From assembly GCA_043808365.1 (NCBI GenBank), contig JAZDEZ010000021.1:128403-192402 (forward strand): a DNA stretch of 64,000 nt, given 5' to 3'. The stretch is from Patescibacteria group bacterium (GTDB taxonomy: Bacteria; Patescibacteriota; Patescibacteriia; UBA10025; JAHIVO01). This document shows, piece after piece, positions 17,835 to 27,578 of this stretch. Numbering within the stretch: position 1 is the first letter of the stretch; every line of letters starts with the position of its first letter. The notes beneath the pieces were generated by a model, which was not told the origin of the DNA, did no database searches, and saw only the letters and a program-made list of their open reading frames with translations. The position numbers and the translations under genes were made by a program.

Positions 17835-19055
17835 TTATTCGTATTTTAAGGCATCGATTGGTCGGAGCCTGGCTGCCCGGCGGGCTGGATAGAAGCCAAA
17901 GACTATGCCAACTAGTGCGGCGACACAGAAAGCGAGGATGACGGATGACCAGGTAACTTGGGTGGAATACGTCCCGGTTTTTTGCAATATCATGGCCGCC
18001 CCCCAGCCTAAAAGTACGCCGATAATTCCTCCGATAAGGGTCATGGTGGTCGCTTCGGTCAGGAATTGTATACTGATATCGCGACTTTTTGCGCCAATCG
18101 CCTTACGGAGGCCGATTTCTTTCGTCCGTTCCGTGACGGTGGTCAACATCATGTTCATGATGCCGATGCCGCCGACCAGCAGTGAAATGCCGGCGATTGC
18201 CCCGAGGAGCATCGTCAAGGTGCTCGTGGCGCTGGTCAGGCTGGACACTAGGTCGGCCTGGTTCTGGACCCGGAAGTCGGCTGATGATGAATCAGAAATG
18301 TTATGTTGCTCAAGTAAAATGTTGGTAGCCTCTTGTTGGGCGGCGCTGAGACTGTTTTCGTTGATAGCCTGAATATATATGGAGCTGAGGGACGTCCGGC
18401 CAGCCAAGAAACGCTGGGCAGTGGTCAAGGGAATGAAAATGGAATTATCCGATGTGTTGATTTCTGTCCCGCCCTGAGTAGCAGTGACGCCGATAACTTT
18501 AAACTGGATTTTATTGATTTTCATTGTCAGGCCAACGGGATCCGCACCTTCACCGAAAAGGTCGTCGCGGATGGTGGAGCCTATGACCGCAACTTTTGAA
18601 TAGTTTTGTACCTGTTGGTCGGAAAAAAATGATCCGGTGGCGACGGACACGTTGCGGATAGTAATATAGGCTGGTTCTGTGCCGATAACCTGGGCATTGG
18701 TATTGTTGCCGCTGTACGTGACTTGGTATCGCGAACTGATGACCGGGGCAATGGCCGCCGCAAAGGTCATCTGTTTTTTCAATGTCGTTACGTCTGCAGT
18801 GGTGAGGGTAGTCGCGCTGCCGGCGCCACCTCTGACCGGTCCGGCATTTCGTGAAAATGTCGGGGAGATAGTGAGTAAATTTGTCCCGAGTGAGGTAATA
18901 TTGGATGTTACTTCCGCTGTTGCGCCTTGTCCGACACTGACCAGCGCGATGACCGATCCGATGCCTATGACAATGCCGAGCATGGTCAGGCCGGACCTCA
19001 CTTTATTGCCGAACAGGTTTGAATATGTTTCTGAGAGTAAATCGGCAATGGTCAT
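17835..19055 (-). CDS. ABC transporter permease, MacB/FtsX family
   Basis: 406 aa with MacB-type N-terminal TM, a large periplasmic domain and a C-terminal FtsX 3-TM block. The start overlaps the ATPase stop (ATGA). Confidence 0.85.
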   Translation of the reverse strand: MTIADLLSETYSNLFGNKVRSGLTMLGIVIGIGSVIALVSVGQGATAEVTSNITSLGTNLLTISPTFSRNAGPVRGGAGSATTLTTADVTTLKKQMTFAAAIAPVISSRYQVTYSGNNTNAQVIGTEPAYITIRNVSVATGSFFSDQQVQNYSKVAVIGSTIRDDLFGEGADPVGLTMKINKIQFKVIGVTATQGGTEINTSDNSIFIPLTTAQRFLAGRTSLSSIYIQAINENSLSAAQQEATNILLEQHNISDSSSADFRVQNQADLVSSLTSATSTLTMLLGAIAGISLLVGGIGIMNMMLTTVTERTKEIGLRKAIGAKSRDISIQFLTEATTMTLIGGIIGVLLGWGAAMILQKTGTYSTQVTWSSVILAFCVAALVGIVFGFYPARRAARLRPIDALKYE

Positions 19056-19774
19056 ATGCGTGTTTCCTCGATTTTAGTATGGTTGTTAGTTGGCGTGTCT
19101 TGGACAATTTGTCCATCACGCAGCCTGATAATGCGTGAGGCGTGTTCAGCCACATATTGGTCATGGGTAATCAGGATAATAGTCCGGCCGCTAGTGTTTA
19201 ACTCCTGAAATGATTGCAGTACCACTTGGCCGGTTTTCTGGTCCAGGTTTCCGGTCGGTTCATCGGCCAGGATAATGGCCGGGTCATTGACGAGCGCCCG
19301 GGCAATCGCGACCCGTTGGATTTGCCCGCCGGAAAGCTGGTTTGACCGTTTATGATAGTGAGAAGTATCGTTTATGCCGGCATTGCTCAATGCTTTATTG
19401 GCAATCGCTTCACGCTGATCCCGTTTTACGTTCGCGTACATGAGGGGCATTTCCACATTCCGCAGGACCGATATGCGGGGCAACAGGTTGAAAGCCTGAA
19501 AAACGAAACCGATCCTTTTACTGCGGATGTCGGCCAGCTGGTTATCGGAAAGCCTGGAGACATCTTTGCCTTCCAGGTTGTATTGGCCGCTGGTCGGGAT
19601 ATCGAGTACGCCGAGGATGTGCATGAGCGTTGATTTACCGGAACCGGACGGCCCGATGATGGCCACGAATTCGCCAGGCATGATGCTGAACGAAATGTCC
19701 CGCAGGACGGTAGTCTTTACGTCGCCCGTAACGAACGTCTTGGTGATTTTTTCACATTCAATTATTGGTTTCAT
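19052..19774 (-). CDS. ABC transporter ATP-binding protein (MacB/LolD-like)
   Basis: Walker [10 protein letters not shown], signature [15 protein letters not shown] and Walker [12 protein letters not shown]. Confidence 0.9.
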   Translation of the reverse strand: MKPIIECEKITKTFVTGDVKTTVLRDISFSIMPGEFVAIIGPSGSGKSTLMHILGVLDIPTSGQYNLEGKDVSRLSDNQLADIRSKRIGFVFQAFNLLPRISVLRNVEMPLMYANVKRDQREAIANKALSNAGINDTSHYHKRSNQLSGGQIQRVAIARALVNDPAIILADEPTGNLDQKTGQVVLQSFQELNTSGRTIILITHDQYVAEHASRIIRLRDGQIVQDTPTNNHTKIEETRI

Positions 19775-19783
19775 GGGAGTGTG

Positions 19784-21238
19784 TTAAAATCCGCCGGGAG
19801 GGCCACCGGCAGTTCCGGTAGTAAACATTTGGCCGCCGACGACGTCAAAACCTGAGTTATTGCGTGAAGAGTTGGCGTTTGAATTGGTTGAGGACGAACC
19901 CGTGGTAATTGTTTGCGTGATGACTGAGTCGCCCTCTGACAGGCCTGACGTAATTTCCGTCTGCGTGTCGCTGGTTGAGCCAATCTCCACCGTTTGCTGG
20001 ATCGGGGAGCCGTCTTTGAGTATCTGGACGTAATGGGTGGTGCCGCTTGTTTTTATCGCGCTGGAAGAAACCATCAGTACATCCTGTTTAACGTCGGTCG
20101 TAATGGTCGCATTAACGCTCATTTCAGGCTTGACTTTTGAATCAAGTGAATCAAAGCCGATCGTGGCGCTGTATGTCACGACGCCCTGTGTTGACGTGCC
20201 CGCAGTGTCAACTACTTCTACTGAGCCGGTCTGGGTAAGGTCGCTGACAGCGTCAAAGGTCATGCTGGTTTTTTGGCCGACTTTAACAGAGGCGATGTCC
20301 ACTTCATTAATAGAAACGACTGCCTTAAGGCTCGTCAAATCCTGGATTACGATGGCGCTGCTGCCACTGTTGGTTGCAGAAGAACCGTTGCCTGTACTGC
20401 TACTGCTTAGTTCGCCATTATTTTTTACATTGATGGCCGTCACTGTCCCACTGATAGGTGCCGTCACAGTCCGTTCGCTAGCGGTTTTTTGTTGGTTCTC
20501 ATAATCAAGTTTGGCCGACGCTACGTCGTTCTCCGCCGCCTGGACATTGATAGTGGCCGTATCGACTTTGGATTTTGCGCTGGTGATGTTGTCGCTTGTC
20601 CCGGCTTTGGCTTTAGTCAGGTCAGTTTGTGTTGATGTAACATCACTCTCCTTTAATTTAATAGTAGAGTAATCAACCGTAACTTTTTTTTCTGCCAGGC
20701 TTATTTCATAGTCTGAATGTGCGTCTGAATCAGTCTCATATTTATCCAGAGTAGCTTGATCCTGGGACAGCTGGACTTTTGCCTGGGCTAAGGCTTGGAC
20801 GGCCTGGTCGTATGTCAGCTGGGCTTGAGTGACCGCTGTTTTCTTCACTTTTTCATAATCCTGTTTAGACGTCGTCAGGTCTGATTGGGCCTGGGAAAGC
20901 TTTTGTTGCGACTGGAGCAGACTGGTGTATGCCTTGCTGACCGTGACATCCAGGTCATCGTTGATGATCGTGAAAAGCGTCTGGCCGGATTTGACCTGAT
21001 CGCCGACCGCGACTTTCAGGCCTGTGACAGTTCCTGAAATGCTCGGGCTGACATTGGCGCTGGATGAGACGGTGATATTCCCCGTACCCGTGACCGTGGA
21101 GACGAGGGTGCCTTTGGCGGCTTCAGCTGTCTGGTAAGTAACGGTCGCCGATGAGGCTTTTTTGTGTCGGTAATATAAAAATGCCCCCGTGCCTATTAAG
21201 GCAATGATGATGATGGAAATAATAACTTTCTTTTTCAT
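19784..21238 (-). CDS. HlyD/MacA-type membrane fusion (periplasmic adaptor) protein
   Basis: N-terminal anchor, lipoyl-like GTVTGLKVAVGDQVKSGQTLF, a long coiled coil and a beta-barrel domain. Confidence 0.8.
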   Translation of the reverse strand: MKKKVIISIIIIALIGTGAFLYYRHKKASSATVTYQTAEAAKGTLVSTVTGTGNITVSSSANVSPSISGTVTGLKVAVGDQVKSGQTLFTIINDDLDVTVSKAYTSLLQSQQKLSQAQSDLTTSKQDYEKVKKTAVTQAQLTYDQAVQALAQAKVQLSQDQATLDKYETDSDAHSDYEISLAEKKVTVDYSTIKLKESDVTSTQTDLTKAKAGTSDNITSAKSKVDTATINVQAAENDVASAKLDYENQQKTASERTVTAPISGTVTAINVKNNGELSSSSTGNGSSATNSGSSAIVIQDLTSLKAVVSINEVDIASVKVGQKTSMTFDAVSDLTQTGSVEVVDTAGTSTQGVVTYSATIGFDSLDSKVKPEMSVNATITTDVKQDVLMVSSSAIKTSGTTHYVQILKDGSPIQQTVEIGSTSDTQTEITSGLSEGDSVITQTITTGSSSTNSNANSSRNNSGFDVVGGQMFTTGTAGGPPGGF

Positions 21239-21325
21239 AGTATTATTATTCGAATTAATATGTCACAAGTATATAGAGCTCATTTGAATTTACCGTGAAT
21301 GGGCCAGGAATTTATTACTAAAAAA

Positions 21326-21371
21326 CCCTGTCTGCCGTCTGCCTACCGGCAGACAGGGCAGGCAGGCGCCA
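21326..21371. repeat. perfect 12-bp-stem hairpin plus the 25-nt sequence repeated at 25893
   Basis: The hairpin is CCCTGTCTGCCG-9 nt-CGGCAGACAGGG. The sequence CGGCAGACAGGGCAGGCAGGCGCCA (21347-21371) is identical to 25893-25917. Confidence 0.85.
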
Positions 21372-21439
21372 TTATTGGCGATTTTATTGTTTATAGTCGT
21401 GGTATAATGTCGATAGGTTAACAATTATACAATAAACTC

Positions 21440-24397
21440 ATGAAAAGAACTTATAATTTATATATTGCTTTGGCGATCGTTCTGGGAGGGCTTTTTGGCA
21501 TGGTAAAAATAGCGGCGGCTTTGCCTGGCGATACTTCCACTTTTTTGGGCAAAATGTACACCGGTGACGGCGGCCCGGCTGCTGAAGCGTATCTGGATAT
21601 GCCCAAAGGGTTCACTTTTGGACCGGGCGGAGCGCTTTTTATTGCCGATACGGTTAATAATGTCATTCGTAAGATTAATACCTCTTCCGTTATTTCTACA
21701 TATTCCGGAAACGGTGAATACGGAAGCCAGGACGGCGCCCTCGCAAAAGCAACCTGGAGTGAACCAGAGGGCATCACCTATGATGGCGGCAGTAAATTGT
21801 ATGTGGCTGACACGGGTTCGGGCAAAATTCGCAGAATCAGCGGCAATAGCGTGAGCACCCTGCCGATTTCAGGGCTAAAAAGGCCCCATGCGGTGTTCGT
21901 CTCGGGCACTGATTTATATATTTCCGACACTGGCAATAACCGAGTAGTGAAAACTTCAATAAACGGCGGCCCGCTGGCCGTTTTAGCCTCAGGTCTGGCG
22001 ACCCCTTTAAAGATTTTTTTCCACGGCGGAACGCTTTATGTGGCTGAACTTGATAGTGGCAACATTGTAGCTATAGATGTCGCCAGCAAGACAAAACGCA
22101 TTTTAGCCAGCGGCTTTACCGAACCACGTTCCATCACATATTATCAAGGATACCTTTATATAACAGCCGGACCTTCCGGCATGTATAACGAGATTTGGCG
22201 AATCAACCTAAGCGACGGCGAAGCCACCATGCTGGTCAGGCGGGTGGAGACAGAGCTGCTTAATCAAGCCTCCGATATGCTGATCGGCACGTGGTCCGGC
22301 TCCGCCAGGATTCTTCTTTTGCAAAGCGGTGGCTCCAGCATCCAGACAACTGATATTGATGGGCAGGATCTGCAGCTTATGGCCGGCCGGCATCGTTATG
22401 GCGATGAAATGGGAGCGGCCAGTCGCGCTCTATTGGGTCGTCCCCAAGAAATCGTAGCTTCGCCAGACGGGACAAGGCTTTATATTTCGTATGCCCAGGG
22501 CAATAAAATAGCCGAATATAATATTGCAACCGATCAGGTCCGGATGGTGGCCGGGTACTTGATGGATAATTACCGCGAAGGCACGGGCGGTAATGCTCGC
22601 TTTTCCGATGTCGTTTCCATGGCCATGGCACCTAACGGGAAAACGCTATACGTAGCCGACCGCAATGGCCAAAGAATCAGGACTTTGGATATTGAATCAG
22701 GCACTACCCATTATCTGACTGGCGCGGGAATTGTGAATTTGATCAGCCCTCAAAATCCCAGCGGCAACATTGATGTTAATATGAATAATGGCTATCAAGA
22801 AGGCGGCCCTTGTCCTGATACGTATGGCCTGAAGGTTTCTGGTTGTGCCTATTTCAACCGACCAACCGGCTTAGCCTTAACAAAAAATGGCAAAACGCTT
22901 TATGTGGCTGACGGCTCCAATAATCGTATCCGCAAGATTACCGTGGCCACCGGGGAGACCGCTTTGGTAGCAGGTTCAGGAAAACAGGGCTTTGTTGACG
23001 GGGTAGGCATCGCAGCCAGTTTTAATGGACCCTATACGCTAGTCCTGTCCTATGATGAAAAAATATTATACGTGGTCGATAAGTACAACCATGCCATTCG
23101 CGCCATTAATCTCTCGACGAACCGGGTCTCCACTTTGGTTGGCACGGGTAAACAGGGTTATCGCGAAGGGACGTTTACCAAGGCGGTTCTGGCCACCCCA
23201 GAATATATTGAGCTGGGCCCTGACAAGAATCTTTACATTTCCGAAGCGGGCAGCTTGCGGGTGCGCAAACTTGATTTGACCAGAAAAGAAACGTCTTTGG
23301 TTTCGGGTTCCGGGGAACGGGGCCGCCAAGATGGCAAGGGTGAAACAAGTGAGTGGAGCGGGCCAAAGGGCATGGTTTTCCTCGGTGACCAGCTCCTGGC
23401 GGCTGATTTTAAGAATGACCTCATCAGAAAGATTGATCTGGCCGGGCGAGTGCCTGACCCATACACCGCTTCAGTGGCCCGCAGCCAGACTCAATTTTTT
23501 GCCTTTAACGCCACGTGGCGCGGCGGTTTTTCCATAAGCTCTGGAGATATCAGCGGCGATGGTAGCCAAGAAATTATTGTGGGAGCGGCTCCCGGCTACG
23601 CCCCGACGATCAGAATATTCAGCCAAAAAGGCGCGTTGATTAAAGAATTTAATGCCTATGCGGCCACTCTAAAAACCGGTTTGCGTGTGGCCAGCTGTGA
23701 TTTAGATGGAGACGCAAAATCAGAAATTGTGGCCGTACCGGGCAAAGGCGCGGCTCCCCAGATCAATATTTTTAATGCCAGCGGCCAGATGATTAGAAGT
23801 TTTTACGCTTTGGACGGGAAATTCCGCGGTGGAACCGGGCTGGCCTGCGGTGATGTCAATGGCGACGGTCAGGGAGAAATTATTGTTTCGGCGCTGGAGG
23901 GCGGCGGGCCCCATGTGACCATCCATAATTCAAGCGGTAAAGTTTTAGGTAATTTCATGGCGTATGCCAAAAGTTTCCGCGGCGGCATCGAACTTGGCCT
24001 GGCTGACATTGACGCTAACGGCGTCAAGGAAATTTTGACCGTACCGGCTCGCGGGAATACGCATGTCCAAATTTTTTCCGGCCAGGGCAGACGTCTGTCA
24101 CCGGGCTTCACGGCTTTTGAATCAAGCTTCCGGGGCGGCGCTACTGTTGCCGGAGGAGACATTAACGGAGATGGAACCGACGAAATTTTTGTGGCTGCTG
24201 GCCTAGGCAGGGCCAATGAAGTGAGGCTATTCAATAAACGGGGGATAAAAATCAAGGCCATTCGGCCTTTTCCGGCCAGCATCAATAGCGGGTTGAGGGT
24301 TTTTGCCAATGATCTTGATGGTAACGGAAGCGACGAACTGTTAGCCATCCCGGCTTTGGGCGGCGCGCCGCAGGTGAGGGCTATTGATGTTTTGTAG
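21440..24397 (+). CDS. large secreted protein with N-terminal NHL-type beta-propeller repeats and C-terminal FG-GAP/VCBS repeats
   Basis: 985 aa with signal peptide. It has many (L)Y(V/I)AD..NN.IRKI units, then repeated GD(I/V)(N/D)GDG..EI(I/V)V units. Confidence 0.75.
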   Translation: MKRTYNLYIALAIVLGGLFGMVKIAAALPGDTSTFLGKMYTGDGGPAAEAYLDMPKGFTFGPGGALFIADTVNNVIRKINTSSVISTYSGNGEYGSQDGALAKATWSEPEGITYDGGSKLYVADTGSGKIRRISGNSVSTLPISGLKRPHAVFVSGTDLYISDTGNNRVVKTSINGGPLAVLASGLATPLKIFFHGGTLYVAELDSGNIVAIDVASKTKRILASGFTEPRSITYYQGYLYITAGPSGMYNEIWRINLSDGEATMLVRRVETELLNQASDMLIGTWSGSARILLLQSGGSSIQTTDIDGQDLQLMAGRHRYGDEMGAASRALLGRPQEIVASPDGTRLYISYAQGNKIAEYNIATDQVRMVAGYLMDNYREGTGGNARFSDVVSMAMAPNGKTLYVADRNGQRIRTLDIESGTTHYLTGAGIVNLISPQNPSGNIDVNMNNGYQEGGPCPDTYGLKVSGCAYFNRPTGLALTKNGKTLYVADGSNNRIRKITVATGETALVAGSGKQGFVDGVGIAASFNGPYTLVLSYDEKILYVVDKYNHAIRAINLSTNRVSTLVGTGKQGYREGTFTKAVLATPEYIELGPDKNLYISEAGSLRVRKLDLTRKETSLVSGSGERGRQDGKGETSEWSGPKGMVFLGDQLLAADFKNDLIRKIDLAGRVPDPYTASVARSQTQFFAFNATWRGGFSISSGDISGDGSQEIIVGAAPGYAPTIRIFSQKGALIKEFNAYAATLKTGLRVASCDLDGDAKSEIVAVPGKGAAPQINIFNASGQMIRSFYALDGKFRGGTGLACGDVNGDGQGEIIVSALEGGGPHVTIHNSSGKVLGNFMAYAKSFRGGIELGLADIDANGVKEILTVPARGNTHVQIFSGQGRRLSPGFTAFESSFRGGATVAGGDINGDGTDEIFVAAGLGRANEVRLFNKRGIKIKAIRPFPASINSGLRVFANDLDGNGSDELLAIPALGGAPQVRAIDVL

Positions 24398-24600
24398 CGT
24401 TATTCTTAAATCCAATTAACCACGTTCGAACCCCGAGCTATTTAAATTGTTTTAATACCAAACCAAGCCATCAATCTTTTTGATAGCTTGGTTTGGGGTC
24501 CCTACCGTAAGGTTAGTTAAACCAACTTTTTTGGGATTTTATTAGATTTTGGGCATATGGTAGACTTAATTAAGGAGGTTAAACAATTAAGAGTATAAAT

Positions 24601-25203
24601 ATGGAAGAACAAAATCAACAACAACTAATTCAGACAGAAAAACCCAAGAAGAAGATTTATAAGAAGTGGTGGTTTATTATATTAGTGATTATATTTATAG
24701 TCGGGATTAGTGGTGTTTTATTGGCAAATCAAAGTGGATATTTAATGCTATTCCCAAATGATGTGTGTAATCCAAAATTTAATATATATGAAATTAATTC
24801 CGACGTGACACTATGTACGGATGTGCATGATTATAGTGATGTTATTGTACAGAAAATTAGGTCAAATTTAAAAAATTTAAGTTCAAATTCTACTGAATAT
24901 ACAGGCATATTAAATTCATGGGATACTCCCAAGGGTAGGATTTATGCAAGTTATTGCTCGACAATAAAAAGCAATAAAACTAGTTTTAATTTTATCAGAA
25001 AAGTATATGCAATAACTGTAGACCCTAATGAATTTAGCGGCACCCCATTTAAATATCCTTGTTCGCCTATTGATATTGAATATTTTAATGCAAATGGGGA
25101 GTATATTGCATCATGTATGGAAACAAAAGTTGGAATGTGCAGATGGTTATCTGATTATAATTTTTCAAATTATGACTATTCTGATGGCCCAGTTGTAGAG
25201 TAG
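24601..25203 (+). CDS. membrane-anchored protein of unknown function, paralog 1 in the low-GC islet
   Basis: 200 aa with a Q-rich N-terminus, KKIYKKWWFIIL anchor and a Cys-containing ectodomain. AAGGAGG RBS. Confidence 0.55.
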   Translation: MEEQNQQQLIQTEKPKKKIYKKWWFIILVIIFIVGISGVLLANQSGYLMLFPNDVCNPKFNIYEINSDVTLCTDVHDYSDVIVQKIRSNLKNLSSNSTEYTGILNSWDTPKGRIYASYCSTIKSNKTSFNFIRKVYAITVDPNEFSGTPFKYPCSPIDIEYFNANGEYIASCMETKVGMCRWLSDYNFSNYDYSDGPVVE

Positions 25204-25249
25204 AAGAAATAATAATTAAAAACATTTTCCAATAAATAAGAATATAAAT

Positions 25250-25798
25250 ATGGGAGAACAACAAATCCAACAACCATTCCAACCCCAACAAGAACAACCA
25301 CCGCAGGAAAAACCAAAGAAGCGTTTTAATAAGAAATGGTGGATTTGGATTTTATGGTTTGTTCTAGTAATTTTAATGATTATTACTTTTTTTTCGGGTC
25401 TACTAACACTCACTTATCATCAAGTTATAAAAACACCAGTCAAAACTGATTTAATGAAAAAAATAGCTAATGATTACTTAGAAGAAGGAGGATTTACTGA
25501 CGGGTGTTTATCAGCTGAGGTTGAAACTTGGATTACATCGCTTGGCCGTGTTTATACACTTGAGTATCTTGAAGGTGGTGGAAATACTTCTGATGTATGT
25601 CAACAGACTACTGCTTTTCCGCATAAATTTGGAGCATTGGGTACAGGATTATTTGATAACGACGGAAATTTTTATTTCAAATGTATAATAAATGAAGGTT
25701 ACCCTAAAGGAATATTCAGAGATGATATATGTGATGATATAATTAATAAAGATATTACTGAAAGACCCTCGGGACAAACACAAATAATTAATCTCTAA
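25250..25798 (+). CDS. membrane-anchored protein of unknown function, paralog 2 in the low-GC islet
   Basis: 182 aa with the same architecture (QQ-rich, KKRFNKKWWIWIL anchor). The 5' ends of both genes are similar at the nucleotide level. Confidence 0.55.
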   Translation: MGEQQIQQPFQPQQEQPPQEKPKKRFNKKWWIWILWFVLVILMIITFFSGLLTLTYHQVIKTPVKTDLMKKIANDYLEEGGFTDGCLSAEVETWITSLGRVYTLEYLEGGGNTSDVCQQTTAFPHKFGALGTGLFDNDGNFYFKCIINEGYPKGIFRDDICDDIINKDITERPSGQTQIINL

Positions 25799-25892
25799 GC
25801 AAAAAATCACCAAAAAAATATTTATAGGATGCCTTCCTTCGGCAGGTAAAATTTATTGAAGGGGTCGCGATTGCCACGCCCGACATGCCTGA

Positions 25893-25917
25893 CGGCAGAC
25901 AGGGCAGGCAGGCGCCA
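25893..25917. repeat. second copy of the 25-nt repeat
   Basis: Exact match to 21347-21371. Confidence 0.85.
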
Positions 25918-26053
25918 CAGAGTTTAGGATAATTTTTGTATCACAAATGCAGTCAAGGGTCTCATAGTGGAAGACATTAGAACCACGCTACAGCGCAAGG
26001 TTGGGTATCTGTATATCCCGGATTTGAGTTAGGCTATTAAGTGTGTGGTGAGA

Positions 26054-26095
26054 TTTTTTAAAAAAAGACCGACCAGCCTTTTGGCTGAACCGGTC
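26054..26095 (-). terminator. rho-independent terminator after the GNAT-ASCH gene
   Basis: GACCGACCAGCC-TTTT-GGCTGAACCGGTC with an internal loop. The plus-strand A-run gives a minus-strand U-run. Confidence 0.65.
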
Positions 26096-26113
26096 GTGTA
26101 GGTTTGGATGTTC

Positions 26114-27454
26114 CTATTCAAGCACCAATTCGAAGACGTAGATGCCTAGCTTCTGCTTCTGCGGCGGATAGATCCGCTTGAGGAAGTTCAGCGCATCTTT
26201 AGTCGTTATGCCGGGGACGATTTTTTCCAGCGGCTCGTGCCGGGAGAGTTCGTCCAGATTGCGGTAGGTACGTCGACCGACGACCTTGATCACCTGTCTG
26301 TCGGACTGGGAAAGGAGTTCAATCCGTTCGCCGATGGTTATAGTTTTGATGTTGTCGTATCCGACCCGGACCTCCAGGGTTTTTTCGCCGGACTTGATCT
26401 GCTGCAGGAGAGGGTTTTTGACTCTCATTTTCCTCATAAACATATCTCCATATGTGAAACTCCATTGTTGAGTTGTGTGCTCGTCGTGGTAGGCGGCGGG
26501 CAACATGCAGTCGAGGTTCCAACCGAGCCCTTGTAGGAGCATGACCTGCTCGGGAGTCGGTACCTGATGGGTGTACAGTTTGTGCCCCCGTCCTTTCAGG
26601 AGGTTAGGGATGTCCGTGAGCAAGGCCGAAAATGCAGGCAGCGTTCGCGCAACCAGCGGCATGACCTTGATCGGCTCGCCTTTTTTTGGGGTGGCTCCGG
26701 CAATGCCGAGCACTTCCCGTCTTGTATTGACAGCGACAAATACCAGTTTGTACTTTTCATTAACGTCGCCGGAATGACGACGATTGTAGCCGTTATAGAG
26801 CGCGTCGACCCAGGTTTCGGTAACGCCGTTGAAATGCTTAGGGAGCATATCAAGCATGAGTATTCGGGCGGCTGCTTGGTGACAGTTTTCCATTGGGATG
26901 ACTGAAATATTTGTGATCTCGAACTGCGACACGACATTCTCGCTGATCAACGGCTTGTAGAACATGAATTCGCGGACGCCGTGCTTGTAATGGCTGTCCG
27001 ATGAACCGGCGATGAGGTAGCAGTTCCGCTTGAAAAACTGCATGGCTGAGTGGTTCTGATCGGCGACGGTTCCATAGATGTTTCGTGCCGACCGACCGCG
27101 CGTATAGGATTCGGCGTGCTGAAGCATGCTCCGGCCGATGCCGTATAGACCGCGGAATTTCTGGTCGACGATGATAGGACTGATTTTGTATGTGCCTTGT
27201 TTCTTGCCGACCAAGTGCAGTACGCCCGCTCGTTCGCCGTTGACCATGGCGATGAACATGCGCTGTTCGCGGGAAAAATGACCTTTGTGGTCAATCCCGC
27301 CTGCAATGTGCGTTTCGAAAATTCGCCGGGCGTGGGCGCGATGGTCACCGTCATAGTACGGTTCGAGCGCTTCGTTGATCAGTTCGACGATGAAATCGAA
27401 ATCATCCCTGACCGCTTCGCGGATAGCGATATCCGCCGTGGGGGTTGTTTGCAT
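26114..27454 (-). CDS. tandem GNAT acetyltransferase domains fused to a C-terminal ASCH domain
   Basis: Two acetyltransferase-like halves are followed by RVKNPLLQQIKSGEKTLEVRVGYD...IGERIEL, an ASCH-type beta barrel. ATG at 27454 has a GAAGGAG RBS. Confidence 0.6.
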   Translation of the reverse strand: MQTTPTADIAIREAVRDDFDFIVELINEALEPYYDGDHRAHARRIFETHIAGGIDHKGHFSREQRMFIAMVNGERAGVLHLVGKKQGTYKISPIIVDQKFRGLYGIGRSMLQHAESYTRGRSARNIYGTVADQNHSAMQFFKRNCYLIAGSSDSHYKHGVREFMFYKPLISENVVSQFEITNISVIPMENCHQAAARILMLDMLPKHFNGVTETWVDALYNGYNRRHSGDVNEKYKLVFVAVNTRREVLGIAGATPKKGEPIKVMPLVARTLPAFSALLTDIPNLLKGRGHKLYTHQVPTPEQVMLLQGLGWNLDCMLPAAYHDEHTTQQWSFTYGDMFMRKMRVKNPLLQQIKSGEKTLEVRVGYDNIKTITIGERIELLSQSDRQVIKVVGRRTYRNLDELSRHEPLEKIVPGITTKDALNFLKRIYPPQKQKLGIYVFELVLE

Positions 27455-27578
27455 AAGCAACTCCTTCTAATTGTTCCCGTCCGACTGTAAAGGACGTGAG
27501 GAACTGGATTGTGGATGTTAAAGAACTATATAAAAAGGCTTCATGCCAGTGTATCATAGCATTAGCAGGGAAGCAAGG

